Shown piece after piece: positions 1-12,928 of a stretch of DNA of 64,000 nucleotides; position 1 is the stretch's first letter, and each line of letters opens with the position of its first letter. The DNA is taken from contig OX597843.1 in NCBI GenBank assembly GCA_951406725.2, positions 20,212,001 to 20,276,000 on the forward strand. Direction: 5' to 3'. The notes beneath the pieces are model-generated. The model was not told the origin of the DNA and searched no databases. It worked only from the letters and a program-made list of their open reading frames with translations. The position numbers and the translations under genes were made by a program. The DNA comes from Octopus vulgaris (lineage: Eukaryota).

Positions 1-646
1 CGTTAAGAATGTCTGTAAGGAAATGCCTATGTACCTTTATGCCCTTTTCAAGCTCTTTTGAATTAAATAAATACCTTTTACCGTATCCACCACCAAACAT
101 TTATCTACGTTTAATATTTCATTAAAATCGGATGAAAAATATGAAATTTACGGCCAAAAATAAAACCCCTATGGGTATTTGCACACAAAACGTCTATTGA
201 TTTTATAAAACCACTGCTCCGGCGCAATTACCAATTTTTTTCTCAACATCATATCATGAAATCAACTCACTGCCATGAGCCTTGCTCACTCATCGACTTT
301 CATTAAAGTTGGACGAAAAATGCAAAAGCTGCTGGGAAAATAACATCGTTATGGGAATATGCGAGGTTAATGAGGAAAATTTTAAAATGTCGCCATTGTT
401 TTCAAATTAGGTTTCACATTTTGTTTGAAAAAAAAGCGTGTATGATAATGGTGATCACCGATTTCGAAAATTTTTCTGTTAAAACTTTTGTTAATGCGTC
501 GTTCAAAAGCATTGGCCAAAATCGTTACCGATTGGGATTGGCGATTCGAAAAAAATCAAAACATTCAGACAATTTTTAAAGACCTTCCTGCCATCATTTC
601 AAACGTTGAGGTGAACAAAAAAATTTGAAAATCATCACCAGAATCA

Positions 647-683
647 GTGCAGGAGTGGCTGTGTGGTAAGTAGCTTGCTTACC
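647..683 (+). mobile_element. 5' head of a tRNA-derived SINE (family 1), separated from its body by a 3.3 kb insertion
   Basis: GTGCAGGAGTGGCTGTGTGGTAAGTAGCTTGCTTACC has an A-box-like TGGCTGTGTGGT. It matches the reverse complement of the head of the uninterrupted copy at 16310-16349 and continues at 4021 (TTACCAACCACATGGTTCC). Confidence 0.85.
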
Positions 684-1249
684 TGATTGTGCATGTGCGA
701 ATCGGAGTTGTGTTTGATACTGAAGCAGTAAAGACGTGTTTTTGAAGCCGTCTTAAATGGAAGAGTTTTGAAACACAGTTATAAGGTAAGACTTTTTTTG
801 GGGTCTAGTGGGGGCATGCTGTCTGCCGCAATTATGTTTTGCAAACAAGAAGTCCTCACTGGATTCTAGTCTACTTGTAGCTGAGTGAATATTTTTTCAC
901 TTAACTGCGAAAATTATTGTTTTGGTGGGCGTATCCTGCCGCAAAATTTTGTTTGAGAATCGTGTTTGTCCAGGAATAAGATTTCAACAATATTGTTCCT
1001 GTTAAGGATTACCTATGAGAAGAAAATTGGAAAGATTTGCGTTAAAATTTTGGCCTGGAGTACCGAGTGGCCATTGCTGTGTTTTGAACTGTTTCTCTCT
1101 CTTCGTCTCTCTTTTATTTAAAAAAGACTCTTTATTGAACTGTTAATTTTTTCTCCTTCCTTTTTGTTTAGACTTTTTTCTCTTCCTTCTTTTTCGTTAA
1201 TTATTTTGTATTTTATGAGGTGTTTTTTTGACTTTTTTTAAAAAGAAAC

Positions 1250-2100
1250 ATGGCAAAGGACAATGGAATGTTGGTGGAGTGGGAATTTATACCACCCAAA
1301 AGATGATTAAAAGAACTTAAAAGTAAGACGGTGGTTTTGAGGACCTACTCTAGGACCCCCGACGCCATTGCCGTTTTCAAAAAATATAATCGAAAGAGAG
1401 ATGGCAGAATTTAAGCTAGCTATTAAGTTTATCACTCGGAGGGTCAAATATGCAACCGTGTGGTTGATGTTTGACTCCCCAGAAATGGATTGTGAATTTG
1501 CGAGCCAGCTCCTGGAAGGCAATGGAATTTTGTTTCTTCCCACATATTGTTGGAAGAAGTTGATGAGGGCCTGGGTTTGTGGCTTGCCACTCGGAGTTGA
1601 GCTCGAGTGGATAGGAAATACTATCCGCCGGGGTCTGGGTGGCAGTAGCACCAAGCTCTTCAATGTAAATATTCTGCATACGGCTGACTTGAAGGGGTCA
1701 AAAGCTGTTTTGACCCTCTAGATCCTGTCAGCCGAAAGTCTGGTATTTCCAGACTTTTTAAGAATAGGCGGGTCGAAGTATCCGGTGATGCTTGAGGGAG
1801 CCCCCCTCCCCCAAATGGCATCGGTGCTTGCAACCTGGCCATATAAAAAAGAACTGTCCTCAACGGCAAAGCAAAATCCTGGAGCGGTTGACGGAGACCT
1901 CTGTAGAAGAAGGAATGAAGGCGGCCGAGGAGACAGAGGATGCCTCAAAGAAGATCCGCAAATGGAAGAAGGTGAGTAATAATGGGTAATCACCGAAGGA
2001 TTCTGGGAATGAGGGAAGGGAAGCACATGTCCCGGTCACGGAGGGGACGCACCCTCCCACAGTCAAGAAGAAAAAAGAAGAGGAGAAACGGGATATTGCC
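1250..2100 (+). pseudogene. Degenerate gag-like ORF1 (Tx1/L1 type) with decayed CCHC zinc knuckle
   Basis: ORF 1368-1721 (IKFITRRVKYATVWLMFD..ILFLPTYCWKK..GLPLGVELEW) aligns by eye with ORF1 at 7834-9156 (IDYVTWGRKFATIVVYFK..ALLPSYMGRR..EIPPEIEVKC). WHRCLQPGHIKKNCP parallels CYVCGEKGHIRAECP. Stops and frameshifts are present. Confidence 0.7.
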
Positions 2101-2629
2101 GACAGTCGGAGACATCATGCCCCATCGGTGAGGGTTGGGTTAGACACAATTGGTAAGAATTGTGCCGCCAACGATAGAATTTACTATCTCGGACCCGGAG
2201 GAGGAAGACCTGCTGGCCTTCTGTTATAGAGGGGGAGTGGTGGAAAAGGTGGTAGAAGAACACTACAAGGGTGTACCTTTGGCCTTCGCACGGTAACCCG
2301 AATGGCCTCCGCAGATAGCTGTAGAGTTCATAACGTTGCGCATGTTACATAAGCTGGGGGGGACTAAAGGAGGAGTATCGCTCGTGGCCGGGTGACGCCA
2401 ACTCGGAGCATACCTTGATTTTAAAGCAAGCAGGGGATATGGTGGAGTACACGTACACAAGCGATGATGAGGATTGACAAGAGGTTGAAAAGCCTCAGTG
2501 TTATAATGTGTAAGACGCTCAGTGCCTCACTTGTAAATGGACTAGTGTTGATTGTATATTGAATATTTTATTGTATATTATTGTATGTTATTATTTGTTA
2601 TGGAATATTAAGTCCAATAATTGTAAAAA

Positions 2630-4015
2630 TTATAGTGAGGGGTTCAATACCTCGTTTTTGTTCTGTTGGGAAAAAAAGAATGTTTTAGAGAACCGAAACC
2701 AGATAACTCCACGTGTTCTTGTTATCTTATTCCTATTGATAGGTTTATCCGAGTAAATAAAGGGTTTTGAAAGCGCATACGGGTGTTGATATCGGCGGGC
2801 AGAAACAGGGTTAGTTTCAAGGGTCACCGAGTGGGGAGATTGTTTGTTAGATCATATACTACTTTAAAATTTGGGAGACTAGTAGGACGATCGGTTATGC
2901 GGGATATTTTTTGTTTTATCTGGAGGACGGGTGTATTCTTGGTTCCAAGGTTAGTTGAGGGAGGCTTGTTCTACACAGGGGTATATTCGATCGAATTCGT
3001 ATGACCGTCACGCTATTACTAGAGTAATTTGGTCTATTCAGCGTATTGTTCGAATATTTCCTTACTGGCGGACAGTGATGAAATCCGTTTTGATACGATA
3101 TCTACGATAGAGTTTAGGACAACTGGCGTTGTGGATGGAGGAAAAGTTGACGTAGTGGAGGTTCCCCTTAAGTTTATGGCATGGGTTGAAAATTTGACTT
3201 TGTAGATCTAGGGTGTCATCTAGGAAATTCGAAGTTTTAAGGCTGCCCACCGTTTTATAAAGATATCTTAGTCTTTTTCTAATCTGTTCGATTCCGCGGT
3301 TGCGAGAATCCCGAATGTCTCTATTGGCCTAGAATTACCCAGTTTTATCAAATGTCGACGGGCGGCCAAGATGATATCAATATCGTCACAGGAGAAGTTA
3401 GATTGTATCATTGCAAAAATGAGGACTTTGTTGAGAAGGATAGGGGATACACTAGAGTAATTTGGTCTATGTCGATCTGGATGAATTTAAAAGTATGTTT
3501 AGGGCTTTAGGAATTAAACGACTGGACGGCTTGAGTAATTTCAGTCCATAGGTGTAGTTGGGGGTATAATCCTGTCTGATGAAATCTTGCTAATCTTACC
3601 TATATCTGAACTGAAGGGGCAAATGAGGCGACCAGAAGGGTTCTCGGCAGATTTTATTTTATGGTCTTCTACGTTAATATGAAGTGAGCGAGTTAAGGAA
3701 CGTCCGGTCCTATCTTCTAATGCGCGTTTAAAAACGAGATCACGATTCTTGATGTAAATGTCTTTTAGAACAGAGACTGGTACAATACGGTATCATTTAT
3801 GTAGTTATTTGTGTATTAGCTCTCGGTATTTATCTAGAGGAGCATTATAAAGGTTGCCGGGTTTGACGGCTTGGAAGAGAATTTCAGAGTATTTTTAAAG
3901 ACTCTTGAAGATATTATTGATTTTAGTTAGGTGGGGTTTGATTGTTATTTTTCTACGTTTAAATTTGATGTTCAAGATGTTGCTCGAAATTGTCTAGGTC
4001 ACGCTTAGGAGGTGC
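2630..4015 (-). mobile_element. Degenerate Penelope-like element fragment (RT to GIY-YIG region)
   Basis: Minus-strand peptides FIQIDID..YSSVSPILLNK (about 3430-3485) and NFLDDTLDL..LHYVNFSSIH (3062-3250) match the PLE at 23-26 kb (FVQFDISNYNSLISPILLNK; NFFDITLYL..YINVSSNH). Confidence 0.75.
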
Positions 4016-4362
<347 letters not shown>

Positions 4363-4515
4363 CAATTACAATTACAAGAACAAATTTTTTTTTTTTTTTT
4401 TTTGTTACAAAATGAAGTGGGGCGGGTCTACGGACCCCTCGCTCCCCGCCACGGCACTTAACCTTCTGTTTTTTTCTTTTTTCAACCTATCTCGTATTTG
4501 CGAGGGACCTTTTAC

Positions 4516-7500
4516 TCACCACATTTTTCCACCTTTCGTCAAAACTTTCTTCCTCAGGCTCCTCCTCTCTAGTTCTATATGTCTTTTCAGGTGGAATTTA
4601 AAATATTCCACCAGACCTGAACCAGAGATGAAGTCGCCTGTTATTAACCCTTTCATCCTTGTCTTCCATACTGCCTGTTTCGCAGTTGCAACCACAGCGA
4701 GAAAACAAAACTTACCTTCTTTCGTTAAGAAATCTGGTGGGCTGATTTTTACAATAGATTCGGCTGATAGATGTACTCTCCGTTCACCTGACATCAGTTG
4801 TTCGGCACAAACCCACATCTCTGCCACCTCCGAACACTGCACGATCGCGTGCGAGACGGTTTCCCGTTCTCGCCCACACCTCGCACAGGTCGGGCTGACT
4901 TGGCAACCGTGCCTTGCAAGCTTGTCCCGAACAGGTAAGGCTCCTCGGTAGCACTGTCAGGCCAAATACTTCTGGAAATTCTCCAGGGTCTTCGGCCCGA
5001 TTGTACGTTGGAACAGACTGGCCAGCTGATTATCGTCGAAACCTAGAGTTTCCCCTAGCGTATCATCGTTACCGGCCTCTACAAACCCTCTATAAAACAC
5101 AGCGGTAGAACCACTGCCGCAGGCATTGCCCGAGCGACGGAATAGTCGGAGTGCCTTGCGACACTCCGTATACCACGTACCCAACTTTGATCTGTGATTA
5201 TACCAGCCCTCCCGGCCACCGAAACTGGTGAACCTGGGGAACATCTGTTTCGACAGCGGAGACCACACCCGTTCACTACCCAGATGGAGCCACAGGAGCC
5301 TTAGCCTCAGCGCATTTCTGCGCATCATTAGCCACGGCATCCCTAGTCCACCCTGTAACGGTTTTTGACAACAGACAGAGCGTCTCACAAGCGGTTTCGA
5401 GCCCTTCCACAAGAAGCGAAAGAGCTGTCTCTCCAACTTGCTCAACCACGAATCCGGGCAAGGCACGACGGCAAGGCGGTAGGTGATCACCGATGCGATA
5501 AACACATTGGCTACCTCCGCCCTACCTTTCAAGGATAGCCACCGCCAAGACCAAGTCTTGGCTATTGCAGCCACCTTGCTCGATACCTCGCTCCAGTTCT
5601 TCTCTGGATGCCGCTCAGTTTTCGCAGCAGCGGCTCGAGAGCCACTACATACAAAAGCGGGGAGAGTGGACATCCCTGGCGGACCGAACGCTTGACTTTG
5701 AACGGCTTAGAAAGAAAGCCGTTCACCTGAACAACCGAGTCGACATTGTCATACATTTCGATGATCCACCTGAGGAAGCCAAGACCCAGGCCGAACTGAG
5801 CCAGAACAGACACCAGGTAGTGATGGTCGACCCTATCGAAAGCTTTTGACTGGTCTAAATGGACCACTGCCCCTCTCTTGCCGGGATCATTATTTATTCC
5901 CTCTAACGTGTATCTAATAAGATGGAGATTATCCTGAATGGCTCTGCCTGGTACGGTGCACGTTTGCGCTTTCCCAATCAGTCCATTCGCGACACGCGCC
6001 AATCTGTTCGATAACACTTTGGCCAAAATCTTCAGCTCTGCGTTCAGCAGAGTGATGGGCCTGAAATAATCTATTACGTCCCCCTTGCTCTGGTCCTTCC
6101 TGATTAGCGTCACCACTCCCCGGCGCACAGATCTGGGAATGAACCCATTCTGCTGCCAGTTTGCGTAGACGCCGTCAGTAAGTCCCCGAACAAGTCCGGC
6201 ATACTTTTATAAAGCTCGTAGGGTAGACCATCCAGTCCCGGCGCCTTACCCGCACCGCAGTCCGCCATAGCCTCCATTACCTCCCCAGGTGTGATCGGCT
6301 CCTCACTACACTTCGCGTCCTGCTCCGAGAGACGCGGCAGCCCGTCAAGGATTCCGTAAGGCCCCTCCCCCTATCCGGTCCGCCGCTCCCCCCCCAAAAG
6401 CTGGGCGAAATTGTCCTGAAAAGCTTGACACATCTCCTCGGGCTCGGCTGTCAACTTACCCTGTTGGTTCGCCAGAGATCGAATTGTAGCTTCATTGCCA
6501 CGTTGGGCTTCCACCACTCGGGCCCATCCTGCAGCCTTGATTCCTTCGCTCCCCATTGTGCGTTGTCTAGCCCTGACAATGCAACCCATGTGCTTGGCTT
6601 CAACGTGCTGGTTAAGAACCAGTCTCTTGACCTTCACCTGGTCTGCATTGCCAGTTCGCATTGCTTCCTCTAAGTCCTTAACTAGTGTATTCGCCTTCCT
6701 AGCCTCTCTAGCTATGAGATTTGTACTATACCTAATGGACTCGTATTGTATGGCTCGCTTGAGGGCATACCACCATTTGTTGTTAACAATGGAACCGGTC
6801 AAAACCCTCTGGATCATTAACTAATCCTGTCCCTGTACTCCTTAATCGCCAAAATGGAGGTATTAAGTTTCCAGTAACCAGGACCTCTATTTATCTTATC
6901 TACGTCTAGCCTACAGGTGACCATCTTGTGGTCACTGTAGCTGACCATGTGGAGTTGTGGACTCTTAACTAGGTTCTTATCTACCTTCCTAATTAATATC
7001 CTGTCTATGTATGACCTTAACGATCCGTCGCTTGTTGACCACGTCCACAGTGGAGCGTCCGGACGTTCCAGTCTATATGGATCTACCAGCTCAAAACGTC
7101 TTAGTAGACTCAGGAAGCAAGCATTTCCTTTTCTATTTCTGTCTGTTTGCGAGCCTTCACAGTCTACCCGCACATCGCAGATTGTGTTGAAGTCACCTAA
7201 CATTACTACAGGGTACGATGTACTCAGAAACTTTTCCAGATTCCGAAAATAATCACTTTTCCCGTTTCCGGCGGGTGCGTAAACCGCAACCATCCTGATT
7301 GTCTTACGACTGCTGAACGTCAACTCAACGACGACCAGCCTACCTTCCGGATCTGAAAAAATCAACTTTTTTCTCAGAAACCCGGTTCTTTTTAACCAGG
7401 ACCAACACCCCGCTTCCGCCGCACGACGGGTTCGGAGAGATAATACTCTCGTAACCGTTGAACAGCGGGAGCAGATCTCTTGGCCCCTTTAACCGGGTTT

Positions 7501-7615
7501 CTGTGGCAACAACAACATCTAAATCCCGTGACCTGATGTCGTTTAGGAGGCGCCCTTGCCTCCAGCTCGTCATCAGGCCACGCACATTTATGCATCCTAC
7601 ACAAATACGAGACAT
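4516..7615 (-). pseudogene. LINE ORF2 (APE endonuclease, reverse transcriptase, zinc finger), frameshifted and internally deleted
   Basis: APE motifs INVRGL, VYAP, LGDFN, SYIDRI and SDH. RT motifs FRPITLLN, LDQSKAFDRVDH and VRQGCPLSPLLY. LSLKGRA and CARCGRERETVSHAIVQC follow. The YADD region is absent. Confidence 0.92.
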
Positions 7616-7833
7616 TGCTTACCTTTTGCCGTGTTTCTTATTTTCCTGTTGCACCTGTGGGGAAGTCCGCCTTAAACATTGTTTCGTCTAAGTCGTGTCG
7701 CGGACCAACTATGTCCCCTGGGTATTGGCTCTTTAGAATGTTTGAGTTTGTTACGTCTATTTTGAATACCTCTGTATTTTTTGATAATATCCGGTACGTC
7801 TCCATTCTTTCTGCGTTTGGTATTTTCATTAAG

Positions 7834-9156
7834 TCACCCATAAGACTGGTTTTTTTTGTTAATTGAGATGAAAACATCCTCTATAATTCTTTTTTGGGGG
7901 CTTGTTGTGGGGGATGGGGAGGCAAAGGAGGACTGGGGGGAGTATGTAGGGGAGGAACACGGGGAGGTCGATGGGAGGGGGGGAAATTGCTCGCCATCTC
8001 GGGATGGGGGTGGGGGTGGTTCACGTTGGGCTGGGGGGGGGTCTTTTCTTTTTCCCTTTTTGTGGGGATCCGCAACTGGGTGGGGAAGGCTTCCCCCCTG
8101 TGTGCTTGTCTTCCCTGTCTGTGTCATGGGTGGGTTAGTGTCACTGTTCCTTCGCCTCTTCTTCCGTCTTATAGTTGTGAATGTTTCGTCCTCTTCCTCT
8201 TCTACTATCTTCTTTTTCTCTTCTTCCAATTTCTTCCTTTCTGCTTCCTCTTTCTTGCGAGTGGGGCATTCCGCTCGGATGTGGCCCTTTTCGCCACACA
8301 CGTAGCATCTAGGCTTTCGCCCTTCCACCACCACCCGCAAGTTTACCTCCTCGTCAAACTCTATGTTCTCCGGCACCTCTTCTAGCGTTTCCGGTGCCGC
8401 CTGAATTAAAACTTGCAGAGTTTGCCCTTTCCAATTTTCTTGTATCATTCTGGTAATATTGACCACGTTTATTTTGTTTTCCAGCCCCATCAATAGGGCT
8501 GGAATGAGGCACTTCACCTCAATTTCCGGCGGAATCTCTTCTATTCTTATGCCGGTTGTCCTCCTCCCCATATATGAAGGTAGTAGGGCCACTTCCGCCG
8601 TCTTTATCGGGCTTATTGAGTTCTTCCTGGCCTGGGCTTCCTCTTTAAAGTACACTACGATTGTAGCAAATTTTCTTCCCCAGGTCACATAGTCTATTTC
8701 TTTCCAAATAGGTTGCAGACATTTCTCAGCTTGATCCTTAGTGATTTTTTCGATCTTTTTCTCTTTTATATTGAACGATTTATATATAATCGTTCTCCTC
8801 TTTGTTGCACTCTTCAGTTCTTTTGGGAGGGTGGCCTTAATACTGTTTCCCTCCCTTGAGAACATTCCTTTGTACATGTTGAAGTCGATCTCCTCCATGG
8901 TGATTTCCTCGCTGTTCCTGCCCGCTGCGGCAGCAAAGTTGACCGTCTTTTTTGCTGGTGAACTATCACCGCTTACTTTGGACGCATCCATTACATTTGT
9001 TGTCTTTGTAGGTGAACCTACATTTGAAGGAAAACCTTCATTTGTTTTCTTTGTAGGCGATCCTACGTTAACTTTTTTCGAAGGCAAGCCTTCATTGGTT
9101 TTTGTTGCAGGCGAACCTACATTAACTTGTTTTGCAGTAATATTTTCTTTTTCCAT
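7834..9156 (-). CDS. LINE ORF1 gag-like nucleic-acid-binding protein (440 aa open; C-terminus probably frameshifted into 7638-7877)
   Basis: CYVCGEKGHIRAEC is a CX2CX4HX4C knuckle. The ORF also has a charged coil, a basic RRKKRRR stretch and a Pro/Ser-rich tail, and lies directly upstream of the APE ORF. Confidence 0.85.
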   Translation of the reverse strand: MEKENITAKQVNVGSPATKTNEGLPSKKVNVGSPTKKTNEGFPSNVGSPTKTTNVMDASKVSGDSSPAKKTVNFAAAAGRNSEEITMEEIDFNMYKGMFSREGNSIKATLPKELKSATKRRTIIYKSFNIKEKKIEKITKDQAEKCLQPIWKEIDYVTWGRKFATIVVYFKEEAQARKNSISPIKTAEVALLPSYMGRRTTGIRIEEIPPEIEVKCLIPALLMGLENKINVVNITRMIQENWKGQTLQVLIQAAPETLEEVPENIEFDEEVNLRVVVEGRKPRCYVCGEKGHIRAECPTRKKEEAERKKLEEEKKKIVEEEEDETFTTIRRKKRRRNSDTNPPMTQTGKTSTQGGSLPHPVADPHKKGKRKDPPPAQREPPPPPSRDGEQFPPLPSTSPCSSPTYSPQSSFASPSPTTSPQKRIIEDVFISINKKNQSYG

Positions 9157-9385
9157 TCTTAACGAGAATGAAAGGGATGGTTTTTTTTTTTTGGTTTTAG
9201 TGTGTTACAACACACACACACAGCAGTTCCCCTCCTTATAGGAGGGGAATAACAATGTTCTTCTGGTTCAGAACCAGTTACAGTTCACAAACAGCTCTCA
9301 GGCAAAACAAGTCTTCAAACAACAATATTTTCAACAAGATAAATTCAAAAACTTACGATAAATTCAAAACTACCTCCACTCAAAA

Positions 9386-9743
9386 ACGACGTTGATTTTT
9401 GCGATGTTCATAACAAAGGTGATGACGATCTTATAATAATTCTGCTTGTCATTATGTTAATTAGTCCATCGGTAACGCTTTCACGTGATTAGAGGATAAG
9501 AGGGAAAGTGAAGTGTCCATGATATGAGGTTGATGGAACGTAACTGTAACGCTTTCACGTGATAGCTGAATGCAAAGAGAGACCAAGAGAAAGGAAAAGG
9601 AGAGAGAAAAAGAGGAAGAGGGCATGTGGTAGGGGGAACGTAATATTTATTACACGATAAAAAAGTTAGTTGATGCTAGTGATATTGAGGAGGGTTATGA
9701 ATATAATTTAGGTAGAGGGATGATGTTCTGATGGTGAGATTAA

Positions 9744-9813
<70 letters not shown>

Positions 9814-9990
9814 GTATATATATATCAGTAGATAAAAAGGGAGGCTAAGAGAGAAAGTGGTAGTGGTGGTGGTAGTTAGTATTTTAAATCCCCTATCACT
9901 TAACGCATGATCAGAAATGCAATTCCATGAAATATTCACACTTATATACAGTGTCATATGTACGGCGTATATATATATTACAATTATATA
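9386..9990 (+). repeat. Third, internally deleted copy (A) of the Helitron-upstream block
   Basis: 9386-9428 matches about 30678-30722 and 59783-59825, then joins directly to sequence matching about 32638-33355 and 62557-63200. Confidence 0.85.
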
Positions 9991-10004
9991 TATATATTAT
10001 AAAG

Positions 10005-12928
10005 AAAGTACAAGGAGTGTAAATGTACAATTGCGAAAGTGTGAACTACACTTCAGAAGAAGGGATTATATAAGGCGTTACAATTTTTCCACAAGCAATG
10101 AAATAGCTGCACCGTGAAAACAGAGACATTCTTGTCTATCCATGGAATTCACTTGCGTAGTGAATCGCGTAGACATTGTGCCATCTAGTCCCAATGAGTT
10201 ATTCACTTCTATTCCCTCATGGAAAGTCCGGATGGCACTGTGGGATTCTATATGTGGCGAAGCGCAGAACATCCGCCCGCAGACGACTCACGGTGTAATT
10301 TAGGGTTGCTGATTGCAGTACCTAGGGGACCATCAGGCCCAGTTGCTCGCAGAGCAGTACAGTGGACTTATGGTCTACCTGCAGAGAGGAGCTGATGAGA
10401 ATGTCAAGCTAGGAGCTGTCCTCGGAATATGCATCAATATTATCAGGATGCAATGCCGATTACATCAGAGTATGTAAACCTGACTTAATTGTCACATATA
10501 CATCCAACCCTAAGTGCCATGAAATAGAAAATAATCTGCAGCGAAATGGGACACGAGGAAACTGACCGGATTTGGTTGCAAGAGTGTACAAGTTGCATCT
10601 CACTGAAAGTCTGAAGGATATAACGGACAGACACGTATTTGATGTATCAATAGCTCATGCCCATGTCACCGAGTTTCAAAAGAGAAGGCTTCCACACTGC
10701 CATATGCTGGTAGACAAAGTGAAGATCTGAGATGATTTAGTTAAGAAATTCATGATACATGGCCTTTGCATGTAGAATGGCTCTTGCCGCAAAATGTTTC
10801 CCAAGAACTACAGAAATGAGATGCTACTAAATAATAATGTATATCCATAGAACTGGAGGCGCAATAATGGGATCTCAGCACAAGTTGGACTCCAACAAAA
10901 TTATTTTGCATGTCGATACGTTTCACCTCCTAAAGCCATGTGGAGAACATCTCAATACAAGCTGCATGATTCCTCTCACACTGTTTACAGACTAGCAGTT
11001 CAATTTGGAGACCAGGAGAGACTGTGCTTTCACAGAGGTAACACTCAGTAACCTATTCAAGAACAGAGATCGATCGTGAACACACGGGAGAAGAAACAAT
11101 AACATCGGCAGCAGAATGAACACAGTGAGTCCTAAGGACGTAGAAACATTTCATTTACGATTGCTATTTTGGATGTTCCAGGTACTAAGAGCTTTGAGAA
11201 GTGAGCACTGTAGGAGGTGAAATCTATGCAAGATTTAAAGATGCGTACATATGACTTGGTCTACTCCAAAATTATGTGATGTTGGAACATGCCATACTAA
11301 AGGTGCTGCATATCGGATGGCATTTCAGCCGCGTATCACGTTTGTTGTCCTTTGCACCTATTCAAATCATTCAAATGTCCTTCGCCTGAGGAACACTCAC
11401 AAGAATACCATGATGGTAGATTATGCTCAGCGAAGTTTGAATGCATACTCTACACTCTATAAATTCTATGCAAATTGAAAATGGCATTAGAGGTCTTAAT
11501 ATTGGCTTGTCTGAACCAGTTCGAGTGTTACGGGTAGGGCATAAACATGACATGAACCACCCCGGCATTGCAACCGTTACCGATGAACAGAGAATGATCG
11601 CTGATGCAGTCATTGAAGACAGTTGATGATAAAAGGTGAGGTGAGGTGCTGGAATGTTCCTACTTCTATGCAGAGGTTCCTGGAGGTTGGGACAAGAATT
11701 ACATATTTAATACGCTGATCTCACATCTACGAAGGAGAAACTATCAAGTGGTGCGTGCAGAGGCATAGCTTCAACATTGATGTCTGGTGGAAGGACGGTG
11801 CACAGTGTGCTCAAATTACCCGTTCCTCTGTTGGAAACTAAATTTTGCAATATACCGCCCAGCTCTGACCAGAAATTATTTGAGAAATTTGTATTTGATT
11901 ATTATAGATCAGGCTTCCATGATCACTCGGTATGCTTTTCCTGCTAATGACAAAGCTCTGAAAGAAATCACTGGCAACAATGAAGATTTCGGTTGAAAAG
12001 TTGTGCTCATTGGTAGAGACTTCATGCAAGTTCTGCCAATATTGCCAAGAGGAACTCGTGAGGCAGTAATTCAGATCTCCATTAAGAACTCTCGTCTCTG
12101 GTTACACTTCAGACATTTATATTTTGAGCCAAAATAGAGCAATAACAGATCGAAGACAATTCGCAACATGGCCACTACACTATGACACCATAACTCTTAT
12201 GCAAGATCCAAGTGAGTCAGTGATGATGTAAACGTGCTACGTGATTCATGCTTTAATGGGTCGCTGATAAATGATGCCTTTTGGCAATGCCTCTCAAGAA
12301 CAAAGAACATGTAGAGTGATCCTCTCACTAAAAGGTTCAGACTGCTTAAAGATAAACGAAGGGGTTATGGATAAACTCCCAGGGGACCAGTGCTTTTATT
12401 ACAGCATGGATAAGGTCTTCACAGATGACCTGCTGAAGCTGAGCGATATCCACTGGAATTTCTGATTTCATGGACACCATCTGGAATGCCACCTCCTAGA
12501 TTGCATTTGAAACCTGACTCCATACTAATGCTCTTCAGGAATATTTCAACTGAAAATGGTCTCTATAAATGAACAAGACGGGAAGTGGAGGCCCTCCATC
12601 AAAACTCGATTGAAGCCTCAATAATAAGTGGCACATTGATCGGGAGACGTATTCTCATTCACAGAATAAGGCTGGTACTAAGAAACCAAATCCCGTTCGC
12701 TTGACATTTGCAATGACTATCAATAAATCACATGGGCAGACATTTGATAAACTGGAGCTATTCTTGCCTGAACCTGCGTGCCTATTAATGGTCAGCTATA
12801 TGTTGTTTCCCAAGGGCTCACAAACATTATCTGATATTAAAGTTAAAGTTATCAACACTGACAAACAAGAGAAAAGAAGAGGGAGAGGTTACGCGAACAA
12901 CACAATCTGTAACGAAGTATTGGATTGA
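10005..12928 (+). mobile_element. Degenerate Helitron Rep/helicase (copy A)
   Basis: Rep-region motifs LLFPHGKSGWH, NMHQYYQDAM, TSNPKCHEI and EFQKRRLPHCHML (HUH). PIF1-type helicase motifs GGRTVHS..KLP, IIIDQASM, DFMQVLP, PSGMPP, FAMTINKSHGQT and GQLYV. Many stops are present. Confidence 0.92.

Larger units (their letters stand above)
4363..9385 (-). mobile_element. Near-full-length Tx1/L1-clade non-LTR retrotransposon (ORF1 plus disrupted ORF2)
   Basis: The order on the minus strand is 5'UTR, CCHC ORF1, APE endonuclease, RT, C-terminal CCHC, 3'UTR, poly(A) (T run at about 4385-4402) and a (TGTAAT)3 tail. Confidence 0.93.

Noticed and set aside
1-640. Subrepeats (TTTCATTAAA..GGA.GAAAAAT) suggesting a DNA-transposon end
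   Set aside because: No partner terminus or transposase is visible in the window, so there is too little evidence to classify it.
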